Position numbers and translations under genes: made by a program | Origin: Dehalococcoidia bacterium | GTDB taxonomy: Bacteria; Chloroflexota; Dehalococcoidia; Lucifugimonadales; UBA3495 | Direction: 5' to 3' | Length of the DNA stretch: 64,000 nucleotides | NCBI GenBank assembly: GCA_965232845.1 | Contig: OZ247428.1 | Coordinates: forward strand, 1,031,011-1,095,010 | Notes under the pieces: generated by a model | Told to the model about the DNA's origin: nothing | The model's database searches: none | The model's input: only the letters and a program-made list of their open reading frames with translations | Part shown: piece after piece, positions 29,958 to 39,948 of the stretch | Layout of the letters: each line of letters opens with the position of its first letter | How positions within the stretch are numbered: position 1 is the stretch's first letter

Positions 29958-30905
29958 CTAGAAAACTGCGATGGGGTTCACCGGCGAACCGGTGGTATTG
30001 TGCAGGCGCAACGGGCCAATGGACACCAGGAACTCCCAGCGGTTGCGCTGGCGACAGGCTTCCGCCACGTCTTCCAGATTAGCGTTATCCAGGATCCAGA
30101 GGCCCATCGCCGTAATCCCGACCTGGTGAATTGGCTGCAACACCCGGGAGTACTGGGGAGGGCTAACGTCGTTCCCAGTGTCGGACCCCAGAACCGCGAT
30201 CCCTCTCTCGTGAAACAAGGGCAGGCATGCCGCCTGGCAGGCAGTAGAACCGGCCGAACGCTCTACGGGGCCCTCAACGCCGCGGCGGTGAAGTTGCCCC
30301 GTCCGGACCAGCAGGATATCGCCCTCTTCTACCTTGAACCCGCACCTTTCCTCGGCGGCCAGAATGTTCTCAGGCATCACGCCTTCGCCCCTCTCCAGCC
30401 ATTCCACACCCCTGACCAGGGGAACGTCCACCAGGACACCACGGGTTACGAATCCATTCTTGGCTTCTTCCACAGAGCAAACTGTCGCGCCCATGCTGGT
30501 AGAAACCATGTGGGCCGGCTTCCCGTTGTAGGTCTTGCCCTCCCAGAAGAAGTGGGCCAGGCTGTCCACGTGGGTCACTGTATAGCCGTGGAAAATCATG
30601 CCAAAGTAGTCGATAGCTGCGGCGTTGGGGCGGTTGCTCACCTTCTCACCGCTATTCCAGCCTTCGCCGCTCTCCACCATAAAATGCACGGGAGGAGCGG
30701 GAGCGTCCAGGCTGGGCTCGAACATCACAGTTCGGGCCAGCGTGACAGTGACGCCCTCCTGAACCGTGGACAGAGCTCTCCTGGTTTTCTCCGGCGTTAT
30801 GAGGTTAGGAGTTCCCAATTCGTCATCGTCTCCCCAGCGGCCCCAGTTCGAAAACTTCTGAAAATAGCTGAGAACTTCCTCTTCCGTAGGAATCTGAGCC
30901 GGCAT
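29958..30905 (-). CDS. cyclase family metal-dependent hydrolase (kynurenine formamidase-like)
   Basis: NWGRWGDDDELGT, HGYTVTHVDSLAH, GDILLVRTG, GSPVNPIA. Confidence 0.9.
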   Translation of the reverse strand: MPAQIPTEEEVLSYFQKFSNWGRWGDDDELGTPNLITPEKTRRALSTVQEGVTVTLARTVMFEPSLDAPAPPVHFMVESGEGWNSGEKVSNRPNAAAIDYFGMIFHGYTVTHVDSLAHFFWEGKTYNGKPAHMVSTSMGATVCSVEEAKNGFVTRGVLVDVPLVRGVEWLERGEGVMPENILAAEERCGFKVEEGDILLVRTGQLHRRGVEGPVERSAGSTACQAACLPLFHERGIAVLGSDTGNDVSPPQYSRVLQPIHQVGITAMGLWILDNANLEDVAEACRQRNRWEFLVSIGPLRLHNTTGSPVNPIAVF

Positions 30906-31133
30906 AATTGCTTTCCTCCAAGCTGATGTGAATAGGCAGGGACCCTGGTTGCGGGGCATTATGAAGGAAGCCGAGGTGGGTGCGCAACAAGACTGGGTCA
31001 GTCCCAGTTGCAAAGAAAGACCGCCGCGCCTCTCCGAAAGAATCCCGGGCCTCTTTAAAGACTATAGAAGAGGTTGAATGAAACAGGTGCGTGTGATAAT
31101 CTGTCTCTTACCCTCAAGGAAGCGGAAGTAGAT

Positions 31134-31340
31134 ATGCAGTGCCAGATATGCAAGAAAGCCGGTATGTCCGGTAGCAACATAAGCCACTCCAACCGCCACA
31201 CCAAGACGCGGTTTAAGGCCAACGTTCACAAGCAGACAATTTCCCTTAACGGGAAGGTTCAGCGGGTCAAGATTTGTAGCCGATGTTTGCGCACTCTCCA
31301 CAAGCCTCCCCGTATGCGGGGCAAGGCGGCATTGACCTGA
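31134..31340 (+). CDS. rpmB: 50S ribosomal protein L28 (CxxC...CxxC form)
   Basis: CQICKK...GSNISHSNRHTKTRFKANV...KICSRCLR. Confidence 0.95.
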   Translation: MQCQICKKAGMSGSNISHSNRHTKTRFKANVHKQTISLNGKVQRVKICSRCLRTLHKPPRMRGKAALT

Positions 31341-31377
31341 CCACAGCTTTAGGCAAGTATAGAAAGCCTGAAAAACG

Positions 31378-31405
31378 ATGAAGCCCAGAAAATTCTGGGC
31401 TTCAT
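31378..31405. terminator. hairpin between convergent rpmB and rpe
   Basis: atgaagcccagaa/ttctgggcttcat perfect inverted repeat. Confidence 0.7.
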
Positions 31406-31438
31406 TCGGTTTGCTCTCTTAGCGATTAATGATGCCGG

Positions 31439-32131
31439 CTATTTGCCAGTACCCAACCCACAAATGCAGCCCCTCAACTTCTGCATAGCGTCGGAGACTT
31501 TCTCGTCCCGATTAAAGATGGCAGTGCCCGCCACCAGGATGGTTGCGCCCGCCTCAACGGATTCCTCGGCTGTCCAGTCCGCTTTGACTCCACCGTCTAC
31601 CTCTACCTTGGCAGCGTAGCCGTTAGCCTCGATTACGTCGTGCAATCGACGTATTTTGCCCAAAGCCTCTGGTATGAAGCTCTGGCCACCAAAACCGGGG
31701 TTGACCGTCATTACGAGTACGATGTCCAGGTAGGGCAGTACCTCTTCCACCGCAGAGACCGGAGTGCCCGGATTGATGGCAACCCCCACTTGGCCTCCCT
31801 GTTCCTTTACTTGAAAAACTGTGCGATGCAGGTGGGTGCAAGCCTCGGCATGGACAATTACCTGGTCGCTGGTCGCCTTGTGAAATGAATGCATCAGACT
31901 GCCGGGCTCTTCAACCATCAGGTGTATGTTCAGGGGGAGGTCGGTGTGGCGTCTTACCGAGTCAATTACGACTTCGCCGAAAGAAATGTTGGGTACGAAC
32001 TTGCCGTCCATCACGTCGACGTGGATCAGGTCGGCGCCAGCCTCGGTAACTTCCTCCACCTGGCGGCCCAGATTGGCAAAATCAGCGGCCAGGATGGACG
32101 GTGCGATCAATATGCGGTTATCGGATACCAT
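31439..32131 (-). CDS. rpe: ribulose-phosphate 3-epimerase
   Basis: IAPSILAADF, HVDVMDGKFVPN, MTVNPGFGGQ, VDGGV. Confidence 0.95.
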   Translation of the reverse strand: MVSDNRILIAPSILAADFANLGRQVEEVTEAGADLIHVDVMDGKFVPNISFGEVVIDSVRRHTDLPLNIHLMVEEPGSLMHSFHKATSDQVIVHAEACTHLHRTVFQVKEQGGQVGVAINPGTPVSAVEEVLPYLDIVLVMTVNPGFGGQSFIPEALGKIRRLHDVIEANGYAAKVEVDGGVKADWTAEESVEAGATILVAGTAIFNRDEKVSDAMQKLRGCICGLGTGK

Positions 32132-33470
32132 TGCTCTCCGCCTCCAGTTCTTTCCTGGCCTGCATGAGCCCTTCGGCCACACGCGCTGGGGCTGTGCCTC
32201 CGGGGTTGTCTCTGGCCGCAACCGATGCCAAGGCGGTGATATCGTACACACCCTCGTCAAAACTGTTGGAAAACTGGAGATATTCCTCCAGTGACAGTTC
32301 CTGCAACTCCTTGCCGTTTGCCTCGCAATGGGAACACAGCCGCCGCATTACTCCGTGGGCTTCTCGAAAGGGGACGCCCTTACCCACCAGATAGTCCGCC
32401 AGGTCAGTAGCCAACATGTAGCTTTCTCCGGCCAGGCGGGTTAGCTGATCCACATTCAATGTCAAGCTGCCCAGCATTCCCTGAAACACCTTCAACGTGG
32501 CCAACAGCGTGTCTACCGTATCGAAGAAACCCTCTTTGTCCTCCTGCAGGTCCCTGTTGTAGGTCAGGGGCAGTCCCTTCATCAGGGTGAGCAAAGCCAT
32601 CAGGTGCCCATAGACCCGCCCAGTCTTGCCCCGGGCCAATTCCGCGAAGTCCGGATTCCGCTTTTGAGGCATTATGCTGCTGCCGGTGGTGAACTCGTCG
32701 GACAGTCGAACAAAGTCAAACTCTCGACTGGACCAGATTACAATTTCCTCTGAAAGGCGGGACAGGTGCATCATACAGATGGATGCCGCCGACTGGTATT
32801 CCAGCAGGAAATCCCGGTCTGAGACCGCATCCATGCTGTTGGCGGAAACGGAACTAAACCCGAGCTGTTCAGCGACGAACTCCCGGTCCGTAGGGTAGGG
32901 GACACCGGCCAGCGCCCCGCTACCGAGGGGGAGAACGTCGGTTCGACGGTAACAGTCGCCAAAGCGACTGACATCTCTTTGGAACATTTGAAAGTAGGCA
33001 AGCATGTGATGGGCAAACAGAACGGGCTGGGCCCGCTGGAGGTGAGTATACCCCGGCATCAGCACGTCCTGATGTTCTTCAGCCAAGCCGACCAGAACTT
33101 CTTGCAGTCCTCGGAGTTCAGCCACCGTCTCCTGGATGACTTGCCTGGTATAGAGGCGCATATCCAGAGCTACCTGGTCGTTTCGTGAACGCCCGGTATG
33201 CAACCTCCCGCCGACCGACCCCACCATTTGGATCAGACGGCGTTCTATGTTCATATGCAGGTCTTCCAGAGTCGGGTCCCAAGGGAAACCCTCTGACTCT
33301 ATTTCCTGCTCAACCGCCTTGAGGCCGGAAACAATTGTTTCGGCGTCCTCAACAGGAATAATGCCCTGTCGTGCCAACATGCGGGCATGAGCTATCGAAC
33401 CGGCGATGTCTTGTCGATACAGTCGGCGGTCATAGTGGATAGATACGGTATAGTCGCTGTAGTCGGCCAC
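32118..33470 (-). CDS. argH: argininosuccinate lyase
   Basis: LHTGRSRNDQ, MPGYTHLQRAQP, TGSSIMPQKRNPD, YNRDLQEDKE; probable GTG start. Confidence 0.96.
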   Translation of the reverse strand: MADYSDYTVSIHYDRRLYRQDIAGSIAHARMLARQGIIPVEDAETIVSGLKAVEQEIESEGFPWDPTLEDLHMNIERRLIQMVGSVGGRLHTGRSRNDQVALDMRLYTRQVIQETVAELRGLQEVLVGLAEEHQDVLMPGYTHLQRAQPVLFAHHMLAYFQMFQRDVSRFGDCYRRTDVLPLGSGALAGVPYPTDREFVAEQLGFSSVSANSMDAVSDRDFLLEYQSAASICMMHLSRLSEEIVIWSSREFDFVRLSDEFTTGSSIMPQKRNPDFAELARGKTGRVYGHLMALLTLMKGLPLTYNRDLQEDKEGFFDTVDTLLATLKVFQGMLGSLTLNVDQLTRLAGESYMLATDLADYLVGKGVPFREAHGVMRRLCSHCEANGKELQELSLEEYLQFSNSFDEGVYDITALASVAARDNPGGTAPARVAEGLMQARKELEAESNGIR

Positions 33471-33563
33471 TGATTTACCTAAGCCCCCAGCACGTAATAT
33501 CAAGAAATAGAGCCCGCCTCGCGGCGGACTCCAGTATAGCACGGCGTATTTTTCCCCAGCTTA

Positions 33564-34391
33564 TCAGTCGCGAGAAACGGCGTTAAGGAAATCATAGCTG
33601 GCGGCCAGATTTTCAAATACGTCGGTATGCGGTGGTATTTCCATTATGGCCGGACCCTGGTAGTCCTTGGCCTCAAGAAGACGAAGCATCTCACCACAGT
33701 CCAGGTCCCCGGTGTCCACAGAGGGATGGGGGTCGCCATCACGCGCCTGTTTGAAATGGACGATCTTCAGCATATCGAGGGGAAGAGCATTCAAATCCCC
33801 AAGCGGGTCAGTATCGGGAAAGCGCCTCAACTGGTTGGCAGGGTCGGGACACAGACCAAGATAGCTTCCCTCTTCGGCGGTGAGCCTGCTCCGGCACTCC
33901 TCAACCAAAATAGCCATGCTGCCGATGGGCTGACCCGAGTTTTCCATGGACAGGATAACTCCCTGGCTGGCTGCTTCGCGGGCCAGCGTAGCCAGGTTAA
34001 ACGCCTGCTCGGGAATTTCTTCCGCCGACTGCCAGGTTGTATCGAAGGGACTGGGGTCCACCAACCGCAGGTGTGGCGTTTCCCTCCCTACGATCTTGGC
34101 GCCTTCCAGGGCCATCTGGAACTGGTCGCCGGACGGGTCTACTTCCTGGGTTAAGCAAGGCAAGGCCATGGCCAGGTCAAACTGGAGATCCTCGAAACTG
34201 TCGGCAATTGCTTGCAGCCCTTCCAAATTTGGCCGCCACTCACCCCCTTGACCGCTTTCGCAAGCGCCCAAACAAGTCTGCCTGAGCTCTACGTGCCTGG
34301 AACCCCGGTTCTGCGCTTCGGCAATCAAGTCCTCCAGGCTTTGTTCCATCAGTTGGTTGCGCCATGAGTTGGTAATAGCTCCAAATATCAT
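33564..34391 (-). CDS. xylose-isomerase-like TIM barrel protein
   Basis: VELR, LSMEN, LCPDPAN, VHFKQ, GDLD, IMEI pattern. Confidence 0.75.
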   Translation of the reverse strand: MIFGAITNSWRNQLMEQSLEDLIAEAQNRGSRHVELRQTCLGACESGQGGEWRPNLEGLQAIADSFEDLQFDLAMALPCLTQEVDPSGDQFQMALEGAKIVGRETPHLRLVDPSPFDTTWQSAEEIPEQAFNLATLAREAASQGVILSMENSGQPIGSMAILVEECRSRLTAEEGSYLGLCPDPANQLRRFPDTDPLGDLNALPLDMLKIVHFKQARDGDPHPSVDTGDLDCGEMLRLLEAKDYQGPAIMEIPPHTDVFENLAASYDFLNAVSRD

Positions 34392-34639
34392 CGGTGCATC
34401 CCTCCGGATTTCTATTGTGCGTAGAAGTTGACTATACCGCAGGCGGCACAGCAGTCTCAAGTTTGAGAGTCCCCGGACAGAAAGCGGAGAGCTGGGAACT
34501 TATCGTCGTTGATCGTCAAGAAGGGCTGGCATTCTTTCGCATCGAGGACTAAGCCACACCGTATCGCTGTGCTAGAATTGTGGTACGGCAGCATTGAGAC
34601 CAGTGTTGAATCTGCCGAAGCGGTGTAAAGGAGGCCAAA

Positions 34640-34999
34640 ATGGCTGAACTGTACCAGGAGAAGTGCGTCGCCTGCCGTCGGGACTCTCCCTCCGTAACCT
34701 CCGATGAAATTGGCGAACTCCACCCTACCGTTGGGGAGTGGGAACTGCTGGATGACTCTGGTATTCCCAAGCTGGACCGGGTGTTCAAATTCTCCAATTT
34801 CCAGCAAGCGCTGGACTTCACCAATTCAATCGGCAACCTAGCCGAATCCGAGGGCCATCACCCGAGAATCGTTACCGAATGGGGGCGAGTTGGAGTGACG
34901 TGGTGGACCCACAAGATTCGAAACCTGCACCGGAATGATTTCATAATGGCCGCCAAGACCGACCAACTCTACCAGGAAAACACGGCTGCCGGGGAATAG
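34640..34999 (+). CDS. phhB: pterin-4-alpha-carbinolamine dehydratase
   Basis: AESEGHHP, WWTHKIRNLHRNDFIMAAK. Confidence 0.93.
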   Translation: MAELYQEKCVACRRDSPSVTSDEIGELHPTVGEWELLDDSGIPKLDRVFKFSNFQQALDFTNSIGNLAESEGHHPRIVTEWGRVGVTWWTHKIRNLHRNDFIMAAKTDQLYQENTAAGE

Positions 35000-35032
35000 G
35001 CTCTAAGAGCAATCAAAGGCGATAGGACCATT

Positions 35033-36052
35033 ATGAGAGTAGTTTACCACCTGAACTCCAGTGACTTGTCGGCCATACCATCCGAGGCGGCGTGGGCGGA
35101 GTCAATGGGGTACGATGGGGTGTCCGCGAACGAGACAGCTCACGACCCGTTTGTGGCTTTAACCTTGGCCGCCACGGCTACCTCCCGGGTAACCCTGGAA
35201 ACCCATGTCGCGATAGCATTTCCCAGATCTCCCATGGTGGTTGCCTACACCGGCCGAGACCTGCACGACCTTTCAGGGGGCCGATTTCGACTCGGACTGG
35301 GCACCCAAGTTAAGGGCCACATAGAGCGGCGGTTTTCCACCGTGTGGGAATCCCCCGGCCCTAAACTTCGCGAGTATATCCAGGCATTGCGTGCCATCTG
35401 GGCGGCATGGGATTCAGGTCAGCGGCTGAATTATGCGGGGAAATTCTACAATTTCTCTCTTATGACACCCTTTTTCAGCCCGGGCCCAGGCAAATTCTCG
35501 CAGCCTGAGATATTCAATGCCGCCGTCAACGCCTACAACTGCCGGGTGGCGGGAGAAGTTAGCGACGGTTTGGTGCTCCACACCTTCACTTCCGACAAGT
35601 ATGTAAAGCAAGTAGTGCGTCCCAATATATTGGCGGGGGCAAGGCTAGCCGGCCGTGACCCCAATCAGGTGAAGATTAATGGCGGTGGCTTTATAGTTAC
35701 CGGGGCAAACAAAGCTGCCATAAAGGAAGCGGACCGAGATGCCCGCCGACGCATTGCATTTTATGCCTCCACCCGTACATATTTGCCGGTCCTGGAGTGC
35801 CACGGTTTCCAGGAACTGGGACTCAGGCTGCACGAGATGTCCCTTGAAGGCAAGTGGGAAGAGATGGGAGACCTGGTAACCGACGACATGCTGGATGCCT
35901 TTGCCGTCATTGGAGAATACGACGAAATAGCCCCCAAGATTCTTGAACGCTATGGCGGACTGGTGGACGAAGTGGGTCTGTCAGTTGCGACCTCGGGCGA
36001 GGCTGATGAGCGTCAGATACGCCGCATAATAAGGTCCCTTCAGGAAGGCTAA
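35033..36052 (+). CDS. F420-dependent LLM-class oxidoreductase (TIGR03617-like)
   Basis: ETAHDPF, AIAFPRSP, LGLGTQVKGHIERRFS, FSLMTPFF, IAFYASTRTY. Confidence 0.88.
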   Translation: MRVVYHLNSSDLSAIPSEAAWAESMGYDGVSANETAHDPFVALTLAATATSRVTLETHVAIAFPRSPMVVAYTGRDLHDLSGGRFRLGLGTQVKGHIERRFSTVWESPGPKLREYIQALRAIWAAWDSGQRLNYAGKFYNFSLMTPFFSPGPGKFSQPEIFNAAVNAYNCRVAGEVSDGLVLHTFTSDKYVKQVVRPNILAGARLAGRDPNQVKINGGGFIVTGANKAAIKEADRDARRRIAFYASTRTYLPVLECHGFQELGLRLHEMSLEGKWEEMGDLVTDDMLDAFAVIGEYDEIAPKILERYGGLVDEVGLSVATSGEADERQIRRIIRSLQEG

Positions 36053-36153
36053 GCAAACGTTCCACGTGACAACAGGTTGGGCAGCCAAGCGTTCCAGGGC
36101 GAGGAGCATATTTTTCGGAACTGGAAAACTGAGCTTGGTGGGGAAGGGTCGAA

Positions 36154-36927
36154 GTGGTGGTGGAAAAGCAAAGGAGCGAAAGCAAAGACTTTACTGAACC
36201 GGTCTTCAAGAGAGGCAACGAATCTCGGCTGACGTACTCTCTAAAATGGGCAGCCTGGGAGTGGCTCTATACGGTTCCGCGTTGCCGCAACATCGGCTTA
36301 GAAGTCAAGCTAGAGGGTCCCGGAGGACGAGTCGTAGACTTGGCGGCAGTGGGGCCCGGAAACTCCATCTACGTTGTCGAAGTGAAGGCTTCCCGCGCTG
36401 ATTCTTCGCGCGACAACCACTCCCTGAGTGACCTGGAAGCCCTCAAGCAACTTAATGAACCCTTGCTCCGTCGCGGCCGCCTGGCTCGACGCACCTTAAC
36501 CCAGGCCACCAATTACGCCCGTGAAGCCCAGCCCGACAATTGGAAGTCGGAACCCTCATACCAGCTAGCTCTAAGCGATTGTGAGCGACTCAGGCACGAG
36601 GAGCAAACCTATCGCGAACGGGTTTCTACCTTTAGCATCAAGTTTCGTGACCCTCGATTCCTGGCAATCGCCGACTATCACTACGTTATGGCGCCCAGTG
36701 GTCTCGTGCCATTGAAGCAGATGCCGCCGCAATGGGGACTTCTAGACCAGACTCCGAGAGAGATTATTCCTGCCGTACGGAAAGACGTTAGAAAGACGCC
36801 CGGAATCATGTCCAATGTACTCCGGGCCATAGCCCGAAGCGGTACCACGTCCATGATGCGATCCCAAGGCGTCTTGTTTACCGAGGATGGGGCGGTCTTC
36901 CCAAGGGATGTGAACCCCGGCGCCTAG
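36154..36927 (+). CDS. MmcB-like PD-(D/E)XK nuclease-fold protein with helical insertion
   Basis: E...GRVVDLAAV...IYVVEVKASRAD...ADYHYVMAP...PPQWGLL. Confidence 0.6.
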   Translation: MVVEKQRSESKDFTEPVFKRGNESRLTYSLKWAAWEWLYTVPRCRNIGLEVKLEGPGGRVVDLAAVGPGNSIYVVEVKASRADSSRDNHSLSDLEALKQLNEPLLRRGRLARRTLTQATNYAREAQPDNWKSEPSYQLALSDCERLRHEEQTYRERVSTFSIKFRDPRFLAIADYHYVMAPSGLVPLKQMPPQWGLLDQTPREIIPAVRKDVRKTPGIMSNVLRAIARSGTTSMMRSQGVLFTEDGAVFPRDVNPGA

Positions 36928-36986
36928 GTGGTCAAACGACTTTGTTAAGAGAGAATAGCTTAACTGATATTAGCTCGTCAGCTCCC

Positions 36987-37340
36987 TTAGCTTGCAGTAT
37001 TCTGATTCTCAAGCCTCACGGTGGCGGAGACTCGGGGAACACTGCTGGAGACTCGGGTTGTATGTCCCTGGCCGGTCAGATCCTCCACCAGGCTCACGTG
37101 GCCCGGTCCAAACTTGTGAACTGAGCCATCACCCAGTCCGATCTCCCCTTCACCTGACAGGGTGATCACGTACTGGCGCCGAGGGGCAGTGTGCCAGTCA
37201 ATGAAGTGCCCGGGTTCGGCTATGCCGAAAGAAATGCCAGTGGCAGATTCCAGTTCCTGAAGCGTGGGGTGGGAAGCCGGGTCCATCTCTTCGATGTGGG
37301 ATTGTCCGTCACTGCCGGTGTACATTCGAGTGAATGGCAT
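36987..37340 (-). CDS. cupin-fold protein
   Basis: DGQSH, DWHTAPRRQYVITLSG, EDLTGQGH. Confidence 0.75.
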   Translation of the reverse strand: MPFTRMYTGSDGQSHIEEMDPASHPTLQELESATGISFGIAEPGHFIDWHTAPRRQYVITLSGEGEIGLGDGSVHKFGPGHVSLVEDLTGQGHTTRVSSSVPRVSATVRLENQNTAS

Positions 37341-37439
37341 TGGGTGCCTCCTTTAGTTAGGCTTTGGTTTTAACGATTCGCAGATTAAAGGATGGCTCAT
37401 CTAACCTGTTTCAACAAGATTCAAGCTGCAAGACAGTAG

Positions 37440-38192
37440 CTATGAATGCAGGAACTTCCAGTCAAAAGTGTCGAAATCGAATCTTATGCGGCGGAATCCC
37501 TCGGCATAAGCGACACCCGCCTCCTCTCCCTGCCGGGCGCAACCTCTCTCAATTCGCTCCAACCGATCTGCCGGTGTCCGCTGCCGCATCTGGCTGACGT
37601 GCCTGCTTAGGGATTCGGCCTTGTATTCGAGATAGCCTTCGACGTCGATATAGACGTCTGCCGCCTCAGTGCCCCACAGGAACGCCTGCTTAACACGATG
37701 GGGCTTTAGTCCTTCGTCAGTAATTTGCTCCGGGAAGTGCAGGTAACTCCAAGCGTACGTGTAGGCGGCATCAAGGGCAACCTGGCCGCTCATCCGGTGG
37801 TCTCGATGGGTATGGCTGGCCACTCGGAAGGGATCGATGCAAAAGATCAATTCGGGACGGTACCGGCGTATCTGCCTCACAACCTCGCAGCGGAACTGGA
37901 GATTGTCATCCAGAGTACCGTCAGGGTGGGCGAGAAAAACCACGTCCTTGACCCCCAAATACGCCGAGGCATCCCGCTGCTCCCCCTCACGAATATTGGC
38001 CAATTTTTCCGGTGACATCTCTCGATCTCCGGTGCCCTTGTCGCCATTAGTGCACATTACGACGACAACCTCGGTTCCCGCCTCCTGGATCCATTTGGCG
38101 GTGGTGGCGCCACATCCGCCCTCAGCATCGTCAGGATGAGGAGTCACCACCATGGCACTCCGAGGCGGGTCAGTAATTATTTCGATCCCCAA
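37440..38192 (-). CDS. PIG-L family deacetylase
   Basis: PHPDDAE, TNGDKG, HRDH; probable TTG start behind AAGGAAGG. Confidence 0.88.
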   Translation of the reverse strand: MGIEIITDPPRSAMVVTPHPDDAEGGCGATTAKWIQEAGTEVVVVMCTNGDKGTGDREMSPEKLANIREGEQRDASAYLGVKDVVFLAHPDGTLDDNLQFRCEVVRQIRRYRPELIFCIDPFRVASHTHRDHRMSGQVALDAAYTYAWSYLHFPEQITDEGLKPHRVKQAFLWGTEAADVYIDVEGYLEYKAESLSRHVSQMRQRTPADRLERIERGCARQGEEAGVAYAEGFRRIRFDFDTFDWKFLHS

Positions 38193-38304
38193 TATTCTCC
38201 GACCTTCCTTCCCAAATTCCGCGCCCCGGTCTTGTCCATGGCTTCTGGTTCGCCGGGGCACTATATTAGCTTGTCAGAACTGAGATTCCCAGAGACTGAG
38301 CTTC

Positions 38305-39717
38305 CTAGAGATGGAAGACAACCATCTTCAGTTCCGTCATTTCCTCAATGGCATAACCGGGGCCCTCTTTACCCATGCCGCTGTCTTTCAGGCCGCCGTA
38401 GGGCATCAAGTCCGCCCGCCACTGGGGATGCGAGTTTATGTGGAGGTTTCCGGACTGAACCTCCCTGGCAAAGCGCATCGCCCAATCAACATTCTGGGTA
38501 AAGATTCCGGCGGACAGACCAAACCGAGAGTCATTGGCCATTTCAATGGCCTGGTCAATATCCTCGAAGGAACTGACAGCAACCGCCGGGCCGAACAATT
38601 CTTCCCTTGAAATTCGCATGTCAGGATGCACATCTGCTACCACGGTAGGTGCATGGATGGTCCCTTCCTGGTCGCCACCGGCCACTACCCTCGCGCCCTG
38701 ATCCACAGCTTCGTTGATCCAGCGGCTTACGCGGGAAGCATCGGCTTCGCGTATCATCGGACCCATCTTGATCGATTCATCCAAGGGATTTCCCGTGGCG
38801 AAAGCCTCCGTAGGCACCTTTATGGCGTCCAGGAAGTCCGCGTAGATTCTTCGGTCGGCCAGCACCCGCTGGGTTGAAATGCACACCTGCCCAGCGTTGG
38901 CGAAGCCGCTGGCCACAGTTGCCGCCGCTACCTTCTCTATGTCAGCGTCGGACATAATGATCAAAGGGCTGTTAGACCCCAGTTCCATCGTAACTTTCTT
39001 AATGCCTGCATTTCGACAAATCCGGTCGCCAACTTCCATACTTCCGGTAAATGTGATCTTGCGAACCCGGGGATCGCCGGTAATGGCGTCGCCAATCTCG
39101 CCCCCAGAGCCGGTAACGCACTGGATGGCTTCGGGCGGCAGGCCAGCCTCGAGGAGAATTTCCACCAGCTTCAGGCCAGACAGGGGGGTATCTCCGGCCG
39201 GCTTCAATACCACGGCATTGCCTGCCGCTAAAGCCGGACCTACCTTGTGGCATACCAGGTTAAGCGGGAAGTTGAAGGGGGCTATAGCTGCTACTACGCC
39301 GACAGGAACCCGAATTGTAAACCCGAACTGCGAGATTGCACCCGGAGCGGCGTCCAAAGGAACCGTTTCGCCGTGCAGCCGTTTGCCCTCTTCTGCGGAA
39401 CCGGTGATGGTCTGAATCGCCCGCAAGACTTCGCCACGTCCCTCCGCGATCACCTTGCCTTCCTCGAGGGTAATGGTTTGACCCAGGTCCTCGACCCGGT
39501 CCGCCATGATGTCCGCTGCTCGGCGAAGTATCGAGTAGCGTTCGAAGGCAGGCATTTTGGCCATAACCTCCGCGCCACGTACGGCGCTGCTTATGGCAAG
39601 ATCAACATCGGCAGCGTTGGCCCGTGGGACCGTATCAATCACGGTCTGATCGAAAGGGTTGTAAACCGGCATAGTCTCGGCTCTGTCAACCCAGTCGCCG
39701 TTAATGTACATCTTCAT
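38305..39717 (-). CDS. aldehyde dehydrogenase family protein
   Basis: PFNFP, FTGS, MELGSN, GQVCIS, EELFGP. Confidence 0.93.
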   Translation of the reverse strand: MKMYINGDWVDRAETMPVYNPFDQTVIDTVPRANAADVDLAISSAVRGAEVMAKMPAFERYSILRRAADIMADRVEDLGQTITLEEGKVIAEGRGEVLRAIQTITGSAEEGKRLHGETVPLDAAPGAISQFGFTIRVPVGVVAAIAPFNFPLNLVCHKVGPALAAGNAVVLKPAGDTPLSGLKLVEILLEAGLPPEAIQCVTGSGGEIGDAITGDPRVRKITFTGSMEVGDRICRNAGIKKVTMELGSNSPLIIMSDADIEKVAAATVASGFANAGQVCISTQRVLADRRIYADFLDAIKVPTEAFATGNPLDESIKMGPMIREADASRVSRWINEAVDQGARVVAGGDQEGTIHAPTVVADVHPDMRISREELFGPAVAVSSFEDIDQAIEMANDSRFGLSAGIFTQNVDWAMRFAREVQSGNLHINSHPQWRADLMPYGGLKDSGMGKEGPGYAIEEMTELKMVVFHL

Positions 39718-39948
39718 CGGTGATATCTCCTCATTCCTGTTGTCGCAACAAACATTACCAAAGAGAGTTCTGCCATTTTCTCAATGGAATTTGACCTATC
39801 TTAGCATATTACATGCCACAGTAAGGTCGGAAGGGGGCGAGGAAGAACCCAGACGGATGCTCATACCCCTGAAAAGCTAAGGGGACAACCAGGCTGGTTG
39901 TCCCCCAATGCATTGCTTTGGCAACTACATTACCTGGGAGCTATGAGA

